A stretch of DNA of 64,000 bases, taken from Schizochytrium sp. TIO01. Its lineage: Eukaryota > Protista > Bigyra: Labyrinthulomycetes. The translations under genes were made by a program, and so were the position numbers. The notes under the pieces are model-generated. The model had not been told where the DNA came from. It was given only the letters and a program-made list of their open reading frames with translations, and ran no database searches. Position 1 is the first letter of the stretch; every line of letters begins with the position of its first letter. Location: positions 9,034,761-9,098,760 of the forward strand of contig SMSO01000031.1 in the NCBI GenBank assembly GCA_004764695.1, written 5' to 3'. Positions 11,301-25,027 of the stretch are shown here, one piece after another.

Positions 11301-14300
11301 AGTCCGATACCTCCAATACGAGTGCTGTGGACCAGTATCATGACGCCGATTCCGTGGACGAGTCTGCCGATGCAAAGGCTCGAAATATATCACCAGCTTC
11401 AGACAATAGCGCATCAAGGGATGACATGGAGGTGAGCGGTAGTAACAGGAACAGGCGTACTTCTGACGATAAAATGGATGTTAATCATGCACAGAACATC
11501 ATTTCAACGAATAACAATGCACTAAGTCAAAAAAGTACTCCTGTTGAAGTTGGTGGTAAATCTATTGACCATGGCGGGCATTCAGACCAACTAAAGTGTA
11601 TAGACGCGAAAAGCGTTCAAAACTCAAAACTGGTGAGACCCGATGCTATTCTACAACAGCCGGAACATGTCAAATTATTGACAGATTTGCTTTTTGATCA
11701 AAAGCCAACAGAAGTTGTTGCTGCCCAAACATGGGACCTGATCCAAGATTTACCAACCCGGGAAGATCTTTTTAAATCTATTCAGGACAATTCTGCGTCG
11801 TGGGATAGTTTGCTGGATCTTAAACCTATTCACAAGACCTTGTACTCATTGCAGATTATGGACTTTATGCTGTGTTGTGAAGACAACAACTTCATCGCAG
11901 CGCCGCATGACCATATCACTCCAGGCATGTCCAGATCATGGGCTCGCAAGGCCATTAGTCTTGGAGCTGTTCAGATGTTGATCAAAGTCCTTTGTACTGT
12001 TGATGATAATGATTCTCCGCTTCACACTCATACGCTTGGAATGCATTGCGTCTTAGAGTTAATTTGTGTGCTACAGAAGCTCTTGCAGCACTGCAGCCAT
12101 GATGAGCTCATCGAAACTTTGGAAATCCAAGGTCCCAAACTTAATGAGGCTTTGCTGGAGGCCGTTCGGGGTATTGCCACCAATGCTCCAAGTAGCGCAA
12201 TAACCTCTACATCTGCAAATTCTTCTAGTGGAAAAGGCAAGACAGCTATACCAAAATCTACTATATACTCCTCAAATAAGGAGGTCTCGGAGTCTTCCAT
12301 TTCACATGACGTTGTCCTTCGTGCCCTAGGCCTGCGTTTGTGGATCTGCGAGGCAGCTAAGGCACCTTATTTCGGGTGCCCTGCCACACAGGTGCAGCAT
12401 GGGCATGGGGAAGACGCATTCAGTAAGGAGTGGCTTACTACGTGCCTCTTCAACTGCTCGAACGAGAATGTGAAAGATGATGTAACAAAGAGTCTTTTGA
12501 AGTATCCACGAGATGGCCAAGGGCTCTTGAAAAGCCTGTCGGAGATCCTTTCAGAGGTAGAAAATCCTGAAAATCACCATCGCACCACGGAGTACTTTAC
12601 TTTACTGGCTGATCTTGCTCGGAGTGCTCTTGTTGCAGATTCGGATGCTGGTGAGTCTAGACTCTCTGATAATATGGACACTCAAACCATCCCTGAATGG
12701 GCTGAAGCTCTATTCGCCAAATTATTTGCAATCCTTCGCCAACATAAATCAACAGAGAAGCGATCTCGCCCCAGAGATGCCCCGGATCAAACTTTATGCG
12801 GTCTTCTGTTCACCCTTGAAGCACTACTTTCGAACAGTTCCATTTGCGATACCTTTGAGCAACAACAAGAGTTTGTCCGGACAGTGTTTGATGAATGTCT
12901 TTTTGACATTGAGATGGGTGACGCTGATCTCAAGCCGAAGTGTAAAAACCGCACTAGTCGCTCGTATGCGTTTCAAGTTCTTCTTGCTGCAGCAAAGAGC
13001 TCACGTGCTTGCCTTAAAGATCTCCTTCTTCTTATCGAAGCGCAACACAAACAAACCGATCTATGCGCACTAACAACCCAAAATTCGATAGACCATTGTG
13101 GCTTTCCTTCAAGTGTTCGATGGGCCATCACTGACGAAGGTGATGATCGTACTATTCGCGATCGCGAACATCAATGGCAGTATGACCCCGCGTCTCAACG
13201 CAAGGCTGACGTTGGTTATGTAGGGCTCCGAAACCTTGGCTGCATTTGTTATATGAATTCTTTGCTCCAGCAACTGTACATGATCCCAGAGCTTCGACTC
13301 GAGATTTTTCGCAGTAGTGAAACAAAGAAGCGTACTCGTGCAGCTCGCGACACAGAAAGTGCACAAATGAAAGCTAACTTGAGTGCTCTTAATAGTGAAG
13401 GAAGGTCTCTCGAGTCTGATGAGGATGAAGTGAAGTTGCGTCAGCACAAAGCACTGCTTCATCAAACTCGCCGCATGTTCACATGGCTACAGGAAAGTGA
13501 AAAGCGAGCCTACGATATGACTTGCTTCTGCAATAAGTCAATTTCATTGAATCATGGCAACCCAATTGACATTTTCGAACAACAGGACGTTGATGAGTTT
13601 TTTAACGTTCTTATGGATCAACTCGAACACGCTCTAAAGGACAGTAAACGCCCAGATATCTTACGAGACCTTTTTGGAGGAGTACTTTGCAATCAGATCC
13701 TCTGTAAAGAAGGTTGTTCGCATCGCTCAGAACGCGAGGAAAAATTTATGGTGTGTCAATTGGAGGTAAAGGGTAAACAGAGTATAAAAGAAAGCCTTGA
13801 CCTTTATGTGGAGGGTGAGATGCTTGAAGGTGATAATAAGTATCTGTGCGGGGAATGTAATGAAAAGAGAGACGCTCAAAAGCGAGCGTTTTTTGTTTCT
13901 CTACCGAATGTGCTCATGATTCATTTGAAACGGTTTGACTTTGACCTTGAACTTTTACGGAAAATTAAAGTAAATGACCATTGCGAGTTCCCGTCTGAGC
14001 TTAATATGAAGCAGTATACTCGGGAGGCCCTCGAAGAACGCGAAGAAAATATGAAGCCCGACGCATACTACGAATATGAATTGGTTGGAATCCTCGTGCA
14101 CACTGGAACTGCTGATAGTGGCCACTACTACTCATACATCAAGGAGCGTTTTCCCAAATGCGGACGTAAGTCCTGCGAATGGTTTCACTTTAACGATGAA
14201 CAAGTATCTCACTTTGATCCTGCAACTATCCCTGAAGCTACATTTGGTGGGATGCCAACTGGATCACGATGGGACTCGCAGCAGCGAAACGGCTCACAGT

Positions 14301-17300
14301 CTTGGTCTGCAAAACCTTATAGTGCCTACATGCTGATTTATGAACGCAAGGAGCGCCCGTGCCTGCCAGGGCTTCCAAGGGGACTAGCCAAAGCTGAGGA
14401 CGTCCTCCCTGTACTGCATAACGCCGTTCCAAAATTGCTACAACAAACCTGCTGGCAGCAGAACGTAGAGTTCATGCGCGATGAAATGGTTCTTGACGCT
14501 GCGTACGGGGACTTTGTTCTTAGCGCAAGCAAAATTGTAACCGAAGGATCGCCACCTTCTGTTGCCAACAATTTGTCGTCGAGTTGGTTCGAGGCATTGC
14601 AGGCGTGCTCGGCATTTGCAATCAATACATTAGTCCATGCTCGAAACAAGGAGCACCTTGATTCAATTATGACCCAAATTAAGACACTTATTCGAATTGG
14701 AGGCCCTCCTGCTCGTCGATCAATGCTGGAAAACCTCGAGGCTAACGGTGCGACTGCAGTTCGCCAACTGTTGTTGCGCTGTCCAATTCCTCAGGTGCGG
14801 GACACTTTCCTCAATCTCCTCAATGATCTCCTGCGAATAGATATTAAAGGCGATCGCATTCTTTACAACAGCGTTGCGACAAACCTCATCGAATTTTGGA
14901 ATGTCCCTTTCAAGCCTTATGCTGAACGTCAAATATATGATAAACGCAAGACGGATGTAGAGAATTATGGACGTGCATGGTTGGGAACCCTGGACCAAGT
15001 GCAGACTCCAATCGTCGAGGAGTTAGGAGAAATTCTCTGGGAAGATTGTCTCAGCGTTCCGTGTGTACCGCCCCTGGAGACACCATCACTTCGATTGATT
15101 GGTTGGATGATTGCGCATACAACAGACGCTCACCAGTCGTGGCGCAATGTAGACAGCTTATTTGCTGTGATGTCCTCATTTGCTGATCTTGGCAGACCAG
15201 AGCGAGTTGAGATGGTGCGAATGGGAGCTATTCCGCGTATTTTAGATTTTTTGTTAGATCAAGATTCTCCGAGCCTCCGTGTTCTTCACATGGACAAATC
15301 GCGCGAACTTGAATGTCGTCGCGGTATGGGCGAAAAATATGAACCTCCTACTCTCCTACATGCTGTGAGGACTCTAGCCTCCCTAGTACGCACATGTGAT
15401 ATTCCACTCGGCGCGCGAAACAAGAATATTGCCATTTATTATGGCGCATCTGTGTTTGATAGCGTTGATGATGAGTCAAGTAACAGTGCTGGCGACGATG
15501 AAGAAGGCAATGGCGACAGCATGGATGTAGCAAAGAAAATCTCACTTATGGCAAAATCACCGGTTCAACTTACGTGGCTTGATGTAGCTCTTATGATTCA
15601 AACTCCTCTTCTGCCAAGGCTTTTGGAGAACCATAATTCCTTCTGGATTTCCGACTTACAAGATCTCTTGCTCCATTTGGGCACCGGGAGCTCTTCACTC
15701 AGCTGGTTCATTGCAAATGTCATACGTAGTCAGCTCTTTACAGCCCCAGTCATAGCTGTGTCAACGCTGTTTCGCACCAGCGAAACCCTTTTGAGTGCTC
15801 CATACAACAAGCGTCTAGTTAAAAAGTACGTGGCGACAATGATTGATACGATACTCGCTGCAAGCGAAGTGGAGAGCGATGGAGTCGCAGCTGCCTTAGC
15901 TCATTTGTGCCGCCTTTTGAATGGAGAAAGTGGCTTCTCTGTGGCTCAAATCTTATACGAGCTGATTTCTGAATGGCTGATTGCCCTTCTTGTAGATCAT
16001 GACTCTGAGATTGTACGCAGGCAGGCTGCGGTCCTTGTGATCTCAATGGTTTCTGCTTTTGAAGCCAAGAACTTTCAAGCAGTATCTGACAAACAGAAGT
16101 CAACCGATTCTGAAGACGGGCAAGCACACACTGTTGAGAGCATCAATGAAGATCGTGTTATGGCTGACAACATGGAAGGCGACACAGGCGCCGAGGCAGT
16201 CACAGCAAGGTCAACCGACGATGATGCTGGCAAGGACCCAGTTATCGAGGAAGGCCATGAGATGCTAGGCACTGTACAGCTACTTCTGTCTATATTAACT
16301 CTCAGTTTCATGGATAAGATCTGCTCAAGCAATTCCTACGAGATGATTGTTATGAAGTGTCGATCCTTGCCTTCTATTCCTCAAAAACCTGCCATTCGGC
16401 GATGGGAAGGCCCACGCACCCAGCCTGTAAACTTCAATGATATCGAGGGCGAAGGTATTGCGGTTCTACCCGGAGAGAGCCGCGCAGATGCTTTAACTCG
16501 TTATGCTCTAAAGCTCAAAGATGCTCCTCAGGAACCTAGTCCCTTTACACTTGTATCAGCGCTGCGTACACTGCTAATCCTTCTAAAGCTTTGCACCAAA
16601 GAAACATACGAAAGTTTACTTGGTATTTCAGAGATGGAAGTTATTGTGACTTCTATTCTCAAAGTCGATGCATATAAGTTGGAGTGTGACTGGAATAAGG
16701 GAGAGCTGATTTCATTTCTCTACGAGATGACGCGAGACAACGAAGAAAGGATGGTTTCATGCACAAGTAATCCTGATGTCTTGAAGCGTCTGTTGAACAT
16801 TTCGATGGCTGTGAGGCCTTCAGAAGGTCATTACATCTTCAATGAAACATATGCTCCGGTATATTATCGTTTCTTTTGTGCTTGGGTAAAGTGCTCTTAC
16901 ACGAAAGCCCCCTTCGATGCTTTGGATAACTTACATCACCTCAAATGGGCAATCAAGTATTACTTACTCGATATTAACGAGTACATTTGCACTGTGGCTC
17001 CTCTACGTCTTCTCATGCGCATTACGGTACCCGCATTACAGAAGAATAGCCTTGCACTGATTGACGACCTTCAAAGCTCCTTACTTGTGTGTCAACAAGA
17101 CGCTATCCACAAAGTGGGTTTGGATAACTTGTTGCTTTCTATCCGTTGTCTATCGGGCGTTAAAGATTTGTATGCACCAGGGGAATCTGGACAAAGTATC
17201 GTTCTCGGCGCATACATGTCTTCAGACTTATCACCCGTTGATACGGAGAAGAATTCTACTTTGATTGCTGAGAAGCTTATTGTCAAAGGCAGCCTTGTCA

Positions 17301-18364
17301 GTGCTTTACTCACAAATGTGTTAGGTTATTTGCGAAAGGTTCCTGAGAGTCAGTATGAAGATAAGGAAGATAGGTACAGTCACTTGGAATACGGACTCAA
17401 GGTGCTTGGTGCAATGTGGGGAAGGCTTGGTAGAACTCGTGATTTAGTCATCATGCAAGCAAGCGCTAAAGAAGCACCCAATGTAGATGATTCTACTACA
17501 GATCAGGCAAGCAATCTAAACCTGTCTCGTCTTACACTGTCTGCCATTGCAAAGAGTCTCAACGAGAACCCTGACAGTGTAATTAAGTCTAGCCCGGCTG
17601 GGGAAGCAGCACATGCCTTCGCTTCAATTGCCGCAGGAGTAACTGGTGTCACTGCAGCTGGTAAGGCTGCAGACCCGCACAGTGATGTTGACAAGGATGA
17701 TGTTGCAGAGCTAGCTGACGATGAGAAGGAGGCCGAACTGTTGCAAGGATGCCAGGAGCTGCAGCGCGCTGCAGCTGCGGCTTGGATTCAGTACGTCCTT
17801 ATGTGCAATGAATATCAGGCTCCTGGGCAAGTCCGTGTCCTGGATGCTATTTCTAGCTGTATCTCAATCACCGTGAGGATTGGTTGGGAGTATGTTCGGG
17901 AGGCATCATGCATGAGCGATTTGGGGCGAGCAGTCGGCTCTCTGATCACTCGCCTGATGGCGCGCTTCAGACAAGACTCTGCCAATGACCAACCGCTAAC
18001 AAAGCCATATTTAGATGCAATCACATTTTCGTGCATGGCCCTGCTACAAGTACATTTCACAACAGGAAGCAAGCACAAGCTAAGCCCGTTTTCTGTTTCA
18101 GTAATTTCGGTACTTTTACTTGTTGCTCTCGAGCACAGGCACAACCCCAAACAGCATGCTGAAATTGCAAGCTTCCTGAACCAGATTCGTGAGCACACCA
18201 AAGATACTGCTTGGATTCGACTAAACGAGCAAGCAGAATTGTACATCAACATTTTAAGTAGTGAACCTGCTGCAATGCAACTTCTGGAGGAACACGATGA
18301 GGCCTCCAAATCAATCATTACTCATATTCGCGCCTTGTTAACAGACAACTCTGGAGAAATGTAA
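5381..18364 (+). CDS. Very large ubiquitin-specific protease of the USP9X/USP24/USP34 (FAF-like) type. The uninterrupted ORF is 6161..18364; a probable acidic N-terminal extension from 5381 is split by two compensating 1-nt indels
   Basis: Cys box GYVGLRNLGCICYMNSLLQQL (about 13213), QQDVDEFF, zinc ribbon C..C, LKRFDFD, His box YELVGILVHTGTADSGHYYSYI...WFHFND. A ubiquitin-like domain lies at about 10860-11095 (...LRFISSGKEI...GQVIHVVVR). Long helical-repeat flanks. Confidence 0.93.
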
Positions 18365-18871
18365 GTGTTATTGGAGCCGATAATGAAACATCAATATAAT
18401 AATAATATATATAATATATTCCCCCCATTTATAAAATAACCTTCACTTAGCTAGGTAGATGTCCTAAACTATTTGGGATAGGGTAAACAGAATCGGAAAC
18501 CTTTTCATGCAGTGATATTTCAAAATTTCAAAATACTACGATTGCCGATTTATGAAAGAATACAATGATTTTCTCGGTCCAACTAGATGGAATATTTTAG
18601 GTAGAACTTTTATATCTACTAAGAAAACATGTAAAACATTGGCCGGTGACGATATACCATAAAACAACATTGCCAGGATAAATCCTTATCTTCATAAATT
18701 CATGCGCACGCTGCCAATACTTATTGTAAATAATTTATTAGTGGAAGTGTACCTATTTTAGATTATGAAAGCTTCAATTAAAGTGAACTGTGATACGCCT
18801 AACTTTTAAATACTGGCAAAATATTGCATGAATACAGGGTATATATGCGTAGACCCGACCTCTAAAAATAA

Positions 18872-19564
18872 CTAAAAGTTCTGCAGCCTGGCTGCCGAAC
18901 TCTGAAGCATTAGCTCCTGCTCCCGCGCAAGGGCCTCTTCTTCCTCTTTTGTGAGCTTTGGTCTCTTCTTGCCTCCCTTACGTTGCTTCCTTATGGCTCT
19001 CGCACCACTTGGAGCGTTGACTCCTCCCTTAGATGTCACCAAATCCATACCTACGTTCTTTTCTGCATCAATATTTTTTGCGGCCCTCTTTCGGCCCCGC
19101 CTAGGGCCGGCAATTGCAGTCTTTTCTGAACTCGTTGACGAGCCTGTCGGAACTGGGCTGGAGGAAGAGCTAATTGGCTCAATTTTGGCTGTGTGTGGAC
19201 CCACAGATGATATCGTAGCAAGTTCACTCTTAGCTTCGTCGTGATCGTCGTTGTCGGTGGCCTTGCGCATTGCTTTAAGGCGGTTGTAGTATCTTCTAAA
19301 TCCAAGAGCGTAGAGTGCCTTGAGCACCTGGTCCTGACGCAGGCGACGCACGGAGGAGCGGCTGGCGCTAGCAGCCTCGCAGTAGGTATTGGCTTGACCA
19401 GTTATAATTCGCAAAAGCTCCGACGCATAAGCTGTCACTTGAGCTGTAGCAACCTTCTTACCACGACCAAGGCTTGCTCCGCGTTCACGCAAACTAGCAT
19501 CCAGTAACTCAGAAATCCATCGCACAGGCAGTTGAGATGCCTCACCAGACATACCACAACTCAT
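18872..19564 (-). CDS. DR1: Histone-fold protein, divergent NC2beta/Dr1-like
   Basis: LPVRWISELL...ELLRIITGQANTYC...QVLKALYALGFRRY parallels Dr1 LPRATINKMI...EFIHLISSEANEIC...HVIQALESLGF. The C-terminal EEEEALAREQELML parallels Dr1 EEELLRQQQELF. Confidence 0.7.
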   Translation of the reverse strand: MSCGMSGEASQLPVRWISELLDASLRERGASLGRGKKVATAQVTAYASELLRIITGQANTYCEAASASRSSVRRLRQDQVLKALYALGFRRYYNRLKAMRKATDNDDHDEAKSELATISSVGPHTAKIEPISSSSSPVPTGSSTSSEKTAIAGPRRGRKRAAKNIDAEKNVGMDLVTSKGGVNAPSGARAIRKQRKGGKKRPKLTKEEEEALAREQELMLQSSAARLQNF

Positions 19565-21488
19565 GAAGGCAAGTGCTCAGGAGGCAAACACGGTCACTCC
19601 GGTGTTATCTCCTTACAATGAAGCTTCAAGAGATCTGGTGGTGCGTAGCGCAAGGCCTTTGGGTTTGGATTTTTAGGTTTTTGTTTGTCAAAAGCACTCA
19701 ACTTGAAGTTACTTTGAAACAACAGTAATCATGTTGTTGTTTCTTTTTTATTTTTTTTATTTCTTTTTTAAATAAATTAGTTACTCTCACTCTCAGAAAG
19801 ACTTGGTTTGATTTCAAGACTTGTCGTGTGGGGTCTGAGATATGAAACTTAAGATCGCGATTAATAGTTGTTAAGAATCTTTCAGAAATAGCAGGAAAAT
19901 GGGACCAAATCCGCTTAAGATGGACAAAACCCGAAAATAAGTGGTTGATCCTGAAGTAGATAGCATGAAAAATAAGGGCTGCACTCTTCAAAATGAGCAT
20001 ATCTCAGTGGCCTAAAAGAACACAAATTGGAGGAAATCAGAGAAGATTTGGTACACGTAGTAATATCAGTGAAGAAAGAAACACGAAAAAAAGTAGAAAG
20101 AATTTCATTTAGAAAGTATATTTTACTTTGTCGATTTTTGTTTGTAAAAGTAAATGCGTTGTACTTCGGGAAGTGAAAAGGATTTGAAGATGCTATTTAA
20201 GTACACATTTAGGGAGCAAACGTAGTGGAATGTTTCTAGCTAGAATGCTTTTAGCAGTGAGGGTGCATCCTACCCAAATGTGGGATGTTTTCTCTATCTA
20301 GAATGTGTTTGGTAAATTCTGGAGGAGGTTTAACACCGCCGCCAAACACCAACGAAGACCCATCTTTTAGTTCGATATTCGGTTAATTCAAACTGCAAAG
20401 TTATCGCAACAACAAGTCTTCAATTTCAAACAGCATTTTGAATACTTGTACACTTGTGGGTCAGAGCTATATAGTTATTCAAATGTGCAAAACGCACGAT
20501 ATTCCAAGCTGACACCAAGGAATATGTCAAGTCGGGTTTCATAGTTGGATTGTAGTATGATTTCGTTATAAATTTAGACTTAAGAACTTAGTTATTCAAT
20601 TGACGGAACTTTTCCCTGGGGAAAACATATAATTATCTACTGAAAGATTTGGTTCGTAAAGATGAGTTTCAAAGCATGCACAGGATATCTTAACACAACT
20701 TTCCTGATACTTCCTGATCATCTATAACTGGCTTTAACTAAACTTGACAAATGGAACCGTAGAAGATAAGAAGTCTCTAAAAATTACTTGTTCCAAACTT
20801 ACTTTTATATATTGGTGAGTGATATACTTTGATTTGACTCGAGTTTTACCGAGTAAAGAGTTCATAGGAGTAGCATCTGGTAGTGAAATCAAGAGTAATT
20901 TCAATAATGAGTTGAAGTTAGGAGGGATATGGACGATCGTACTTTAGCAAAGTACAAACTTCCAGCACCCCTAGAAGGTTGAAAAGGTAGCCTATCCTAC
21001 TTAAGTGAAAGTAGTGCCTTGATAATATACTTCACGCATAAATTATAAGGTGCAGAGCAAATTAGCATTGCAGATGTGTAAATACTAATTTCTCCGTCTA
21101 TCTTGCAACTTCCAAAAATCATCTCCTTTGTGACAGTTCTTTCATCTCAACTAGCACTTCTTCATCACAGACACCAGCTATTTATACTACCTGCTTAATA
21201 AAGGTATACTACTTCATTGCATCAAGAGAAAGCGCATGAAATGAATGTTCGTTTTCTAGGTTTCGAAAGCAACCGAACACCGCTCCGTATGTTATATGCT
21301 ACGACCGAGCATGCATATATTCTTAGCTTCATTGCGCTTCAGAAGCGTGCTCAAACCCCTCTCAAGTGTTATCATTTTATGGTCTGAAATTCCAGAAGAC
21401 TCGAGATATTTCGAATCTGTCAAACGTTGGAGTATATGTAATCCTGATTTTGTCGACTATCGTAAGGTCAAATATACCGTCGCTGAAG

Positions 21489-24400
21489 TTAAGTAGAGCT
21501 AGACGAGGAAGTTGAGAATCCCTCTCTCAACGTTTTAAGGCGTCGAAGAATCGGAGTTTGTGCGGGATCTTGAGGGGATGCAGGAAGGTACACCGCTGCA
21601 TATGGTTCAGGTGACCAAAGCTGCAGAGCTTCCAGCGACTGGACATCGCAAAAGAGTTCTCTGTATCTTGGACCACGTTTCATATCAAAAAGTGAAGCAT
21701 CGCGACTTGGAGGCTTTCTAGCGCGTTGCCCAGCGAACGCTACTTTAGAAAACCCCTTGCGCCCATCTATAAAATCAGAAGAAATTAGTGCCTTCTTGGC
21801 AGAAATCACACCTGGAGTAGAGCGTCGAATGTCTTGCCACCATTTCCAAGGCAATAACAAGAGTCCGTCTAACGTTACTAATCTCCACATAAAGCGGCGA
21901 ACAGAAAGAAATCGATGCAGATAAAGAAATACGAGACACGATGCCAAGACTGAGGTTACCAAGCTAGCTGTGCTGATATTCAGACCTCGTGTAGATGAGA
22001 GCATTCCGTGAAAGTTAGTTTCTGCTGCGGCAGACCTTGAGGGAACCCAGATTGCGAGGGTGGCTAGTACGAGACGTAATATTATGCAAGTCTCTGTGAT
22101 TCTTGCACATAGAACACCAATCTGGCTTGTTAGACTTCTCACAGGAAATTGAGAGAGCGAGATTAATGCCTTTTTCTCGGACAAGTATATTATGAAAAGT
22201 TCCGCCCCACCAAGAGGTGCTAACCAGATGACTATACCCGAATATGGAACACAAAGAATGACTGTTCGCAAGGTTGACATATAAGCCTGTGCAAGATCCC
22301 ATGTGGGAGGCAGAAATTTCTTGTTCATCTGTTGCTGCGTTAGTGGGCGGCTTGAAAGCTCACGCCGCAGGTATAGATAGAGGTTTCTTGCAAAAGAAAA
22401 CCACACGACTTGTAGAATCGTGTGCATTGTTTGCGCAATAACAAGGTTGGGAATAACACGATCTGACCACCACGTATAAGAAAAGGGTTTACGCGTATAC
22501 GCTGATACATAAGACCAATAAAATGGCCAAAGCAGGTAGCAAGGCACGTCAATACACAGCGTAGAAGCTAACACTGAATAAAATATTGTGAAACTTCGTA
22601 AAGGGTGTCCATACCAGTCAAAGGCACGACTGAGACCAAATCGGGAACCCTTGTTCCATAAGACGAGTATCGCTGCTCCAGCATAATGACTGCCAAGGTC
22701 ATTTGCTACGTCCCAGACGTAGTAACCAATAACCATATTAAAAATAAGCAGCGTGACTAAAAGCAGCGCACATCGTGCTGGCCACCCTGACTGAGCATAC
22801 CAATGCGGATGTTGGAGTCTGAACCAGTCAATATTTGAGGGGTAGACCTCTTCCACGGTACCAATCGCACGTAAACGTGTTAGTGGCGCACCAAACATAA
22901 GACATAAGTGATGCAAAATCCAGTGACGATTATCATGGTGCATTAGTTCGCGAGCAAGGCTCGCATGGGCAGCACTTTTGAATGTGATAAAGAGAAAATC
23001 AACTTTGTGATGTGCAGTACGAGCAACTGCGCCTAGTTCTTCTTGGAGGAATAGGTCCCTAAAATAAGATTGCTCTATTTTTTTCAGAGCAACTATACTG
23101 GCTTTGAGTCTTTGCTTAGCAAGGCGAAACTCCTTGGTTATCGGGTCTAATGTATTCATTTTCTGCCTTTCAGCCTCGCCAACTTCAACAAGCATGATAC
23201 GCTCTTCTGCAGCACGCGCGAAGCTTAGGTTTTCAGAGCTGTAGTTCAAAAGGCCAGTAATACATACGTCAATGATTGGTGGGGTTACCTCCCGAGCAAA
23301 ACGCGTTCTTTCTCCATAACTATCCTTAAGATGGCTTCTCTTCCGGTTTCTTGAGAGCTGGAGTTGCTTGAAGAAAGTTTGCAATTCCTTTTTCTTAACA
23401 GCATCCGTGCGATGTGGCGCTTGAATCACCAGTAAGGATCGGGATGCAATGTTCAGTTCTTGTGCTTCAAAAGTCCCAGTTTCCTTCTGACGCTGGCTAA
23501 CGGTGACGCGACCCATGTAACATGCTATTATCGCGGTAAGCAGAGCTGAGCTTGCGTTGATGATTAGAAATGGCTCAAACAAAAGCTGGCAGTCATCTCG
23601 AATACATGTGGAAACACTCCACCTTCGAGCTTCTATTACATAGGCCTGTGCGATGGATGCAGAGTTCTCTGAGGAGAATTGGCGAACTGACGTAAAAAAT
23701 GTGAGTACGAGAGGTACACTAAAAAGTGAGAAAATGAACATGATCACATAAATGTACCTTGTTTGGCGGAAAAAAACCCATTACACCAATTCCAAAACAT
23801 TCTTGAAGATCAGTCTCACTCACTTCGAGAATACCTAAATTAAGCTCTGAGTTTCGTGGACGCTCCAATCCCAGAACCTTTTCGATGTGGGTGCCTGCAA
23901 GAAGTGCGTCCGCATACATCTTTGCAGCACCAACATCAACAATGTGCTTTTTCTGAGCTAGTGCAATCTCCTCTTCCTCCACTTCCTCCTCCTTTGTTCG
24001 ATAATCATCGACTGCTTGCATACAAACAGGACAAAGAATTTTTCCTTGAGTTCTCTCGTTCCTTAGTTCTAGATAACATGGTTCACAGATGCATCGATGA
24101 CGGCATGGGATCAATCTCAAAAGTCCATTTTCAGTATCATTCAAACAAATTTGGCACAATCTTTCATCAGATGCTTCATTGTGATCAGGATCTTCTGCTG
24201 GATTTCCTAAACCCACATCGTAATCGTCCTCTTCGTCTCCTGTACTGGCGCTTATATTGTCGTCGTCGTCGTCACCATCATCGTCATCATCGTCATCATC
24301 GTCCACGTCGTCACCGTCGTCACCGTCGTCTTGTCCATCGTCGTCCTCTTCATCGTCGACGTATTTTACATCTTCATCTTCATTATTGCCTTGGCTGTCT

Positions 24401-24582
24401 TTTACCCTGATTTTGGAATGATGGCTGGTTTTCTTCTTACCCAGAAGCTCTTCCAAGGCACCGGTTGTAATCCCATCCCTATGAGAAACTTTTTTCGATA
24501 GACCATCAAAGCTCAGCTCATTATTCCTTCGACGTGTTCTTCTCTTTGAAGACTGTGCTGGTGAGCGCGCCCAGAAAGGCAT
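21489..24582 (-). CDS. RING-HC finger plus multi-pass membrane protein of the OSCA/TMEM63/TMC-like superfamily; two ORFs joined across a 1-nt frameshift at the A7 run 23770-23776
   Basis: ORF 23719..24582 has a D-rich tract and a C3HC4 RING (CQIC...PCRHRCICEPC...CPVC). ORF 21489..23747 has many hydrophobic helices, an RRM-like cytosolic FITFKS...PSNIDW segment and TQQQMNKKFLPPTWDLAQAY. Removing one T gives the continuous FGIGVMGFFRQTRYIYVIMFIFSLF. Confidence 0.72.
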
Positions 24583-25027
24583 TCTACTTTATGTATCTTA
24601 GCTTTTCTGCAAGGACTGTTCTTCTTCTACTTAGGCTATCACGTTCAAGCTGTTCAAGTTGTTTGCACGCCTACAAGTGCCTCTACCAAATCGCGGAAGT
24701 TGCCATCTTCTTGGCTGAGCCCGCGTTCAATCAGGCGATGATCCCAAGAAGTCTTTTCCGCATATAGAGCCGTTGGGGAGGAGGAGAGAACATTTCACTC
24801 GATTTTGCACTAATGTTCACAGACGAGACCATCGTAGCGTGGGTAGGTGTGTACTCTGTGATTGAACACTGCTAGTTCTTGTTTTCAGACTGGCGCAGCG
24901 AAGTACTTTCAAGCATTGCACGTGAGGTTTTTGGGGCCAAAGTTAGGCGATCTTACGGCAGTGCACAGCCGTGTGGACTGCCCCGTGTTCAAGCTCTAAG
25001 GGAAGGTTTCGCGACGCATATTTAAAC

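Noticed and set aside
20400-21000. AT-rich stretch with protein-like pieces (IFQADTKEYVKSGFIVGL, YNYLLKDLVRKDEF), considered as a viral or TE relic
   Set aside because: It has many stops and no recognisable motif, so it cannot be supported by eye.
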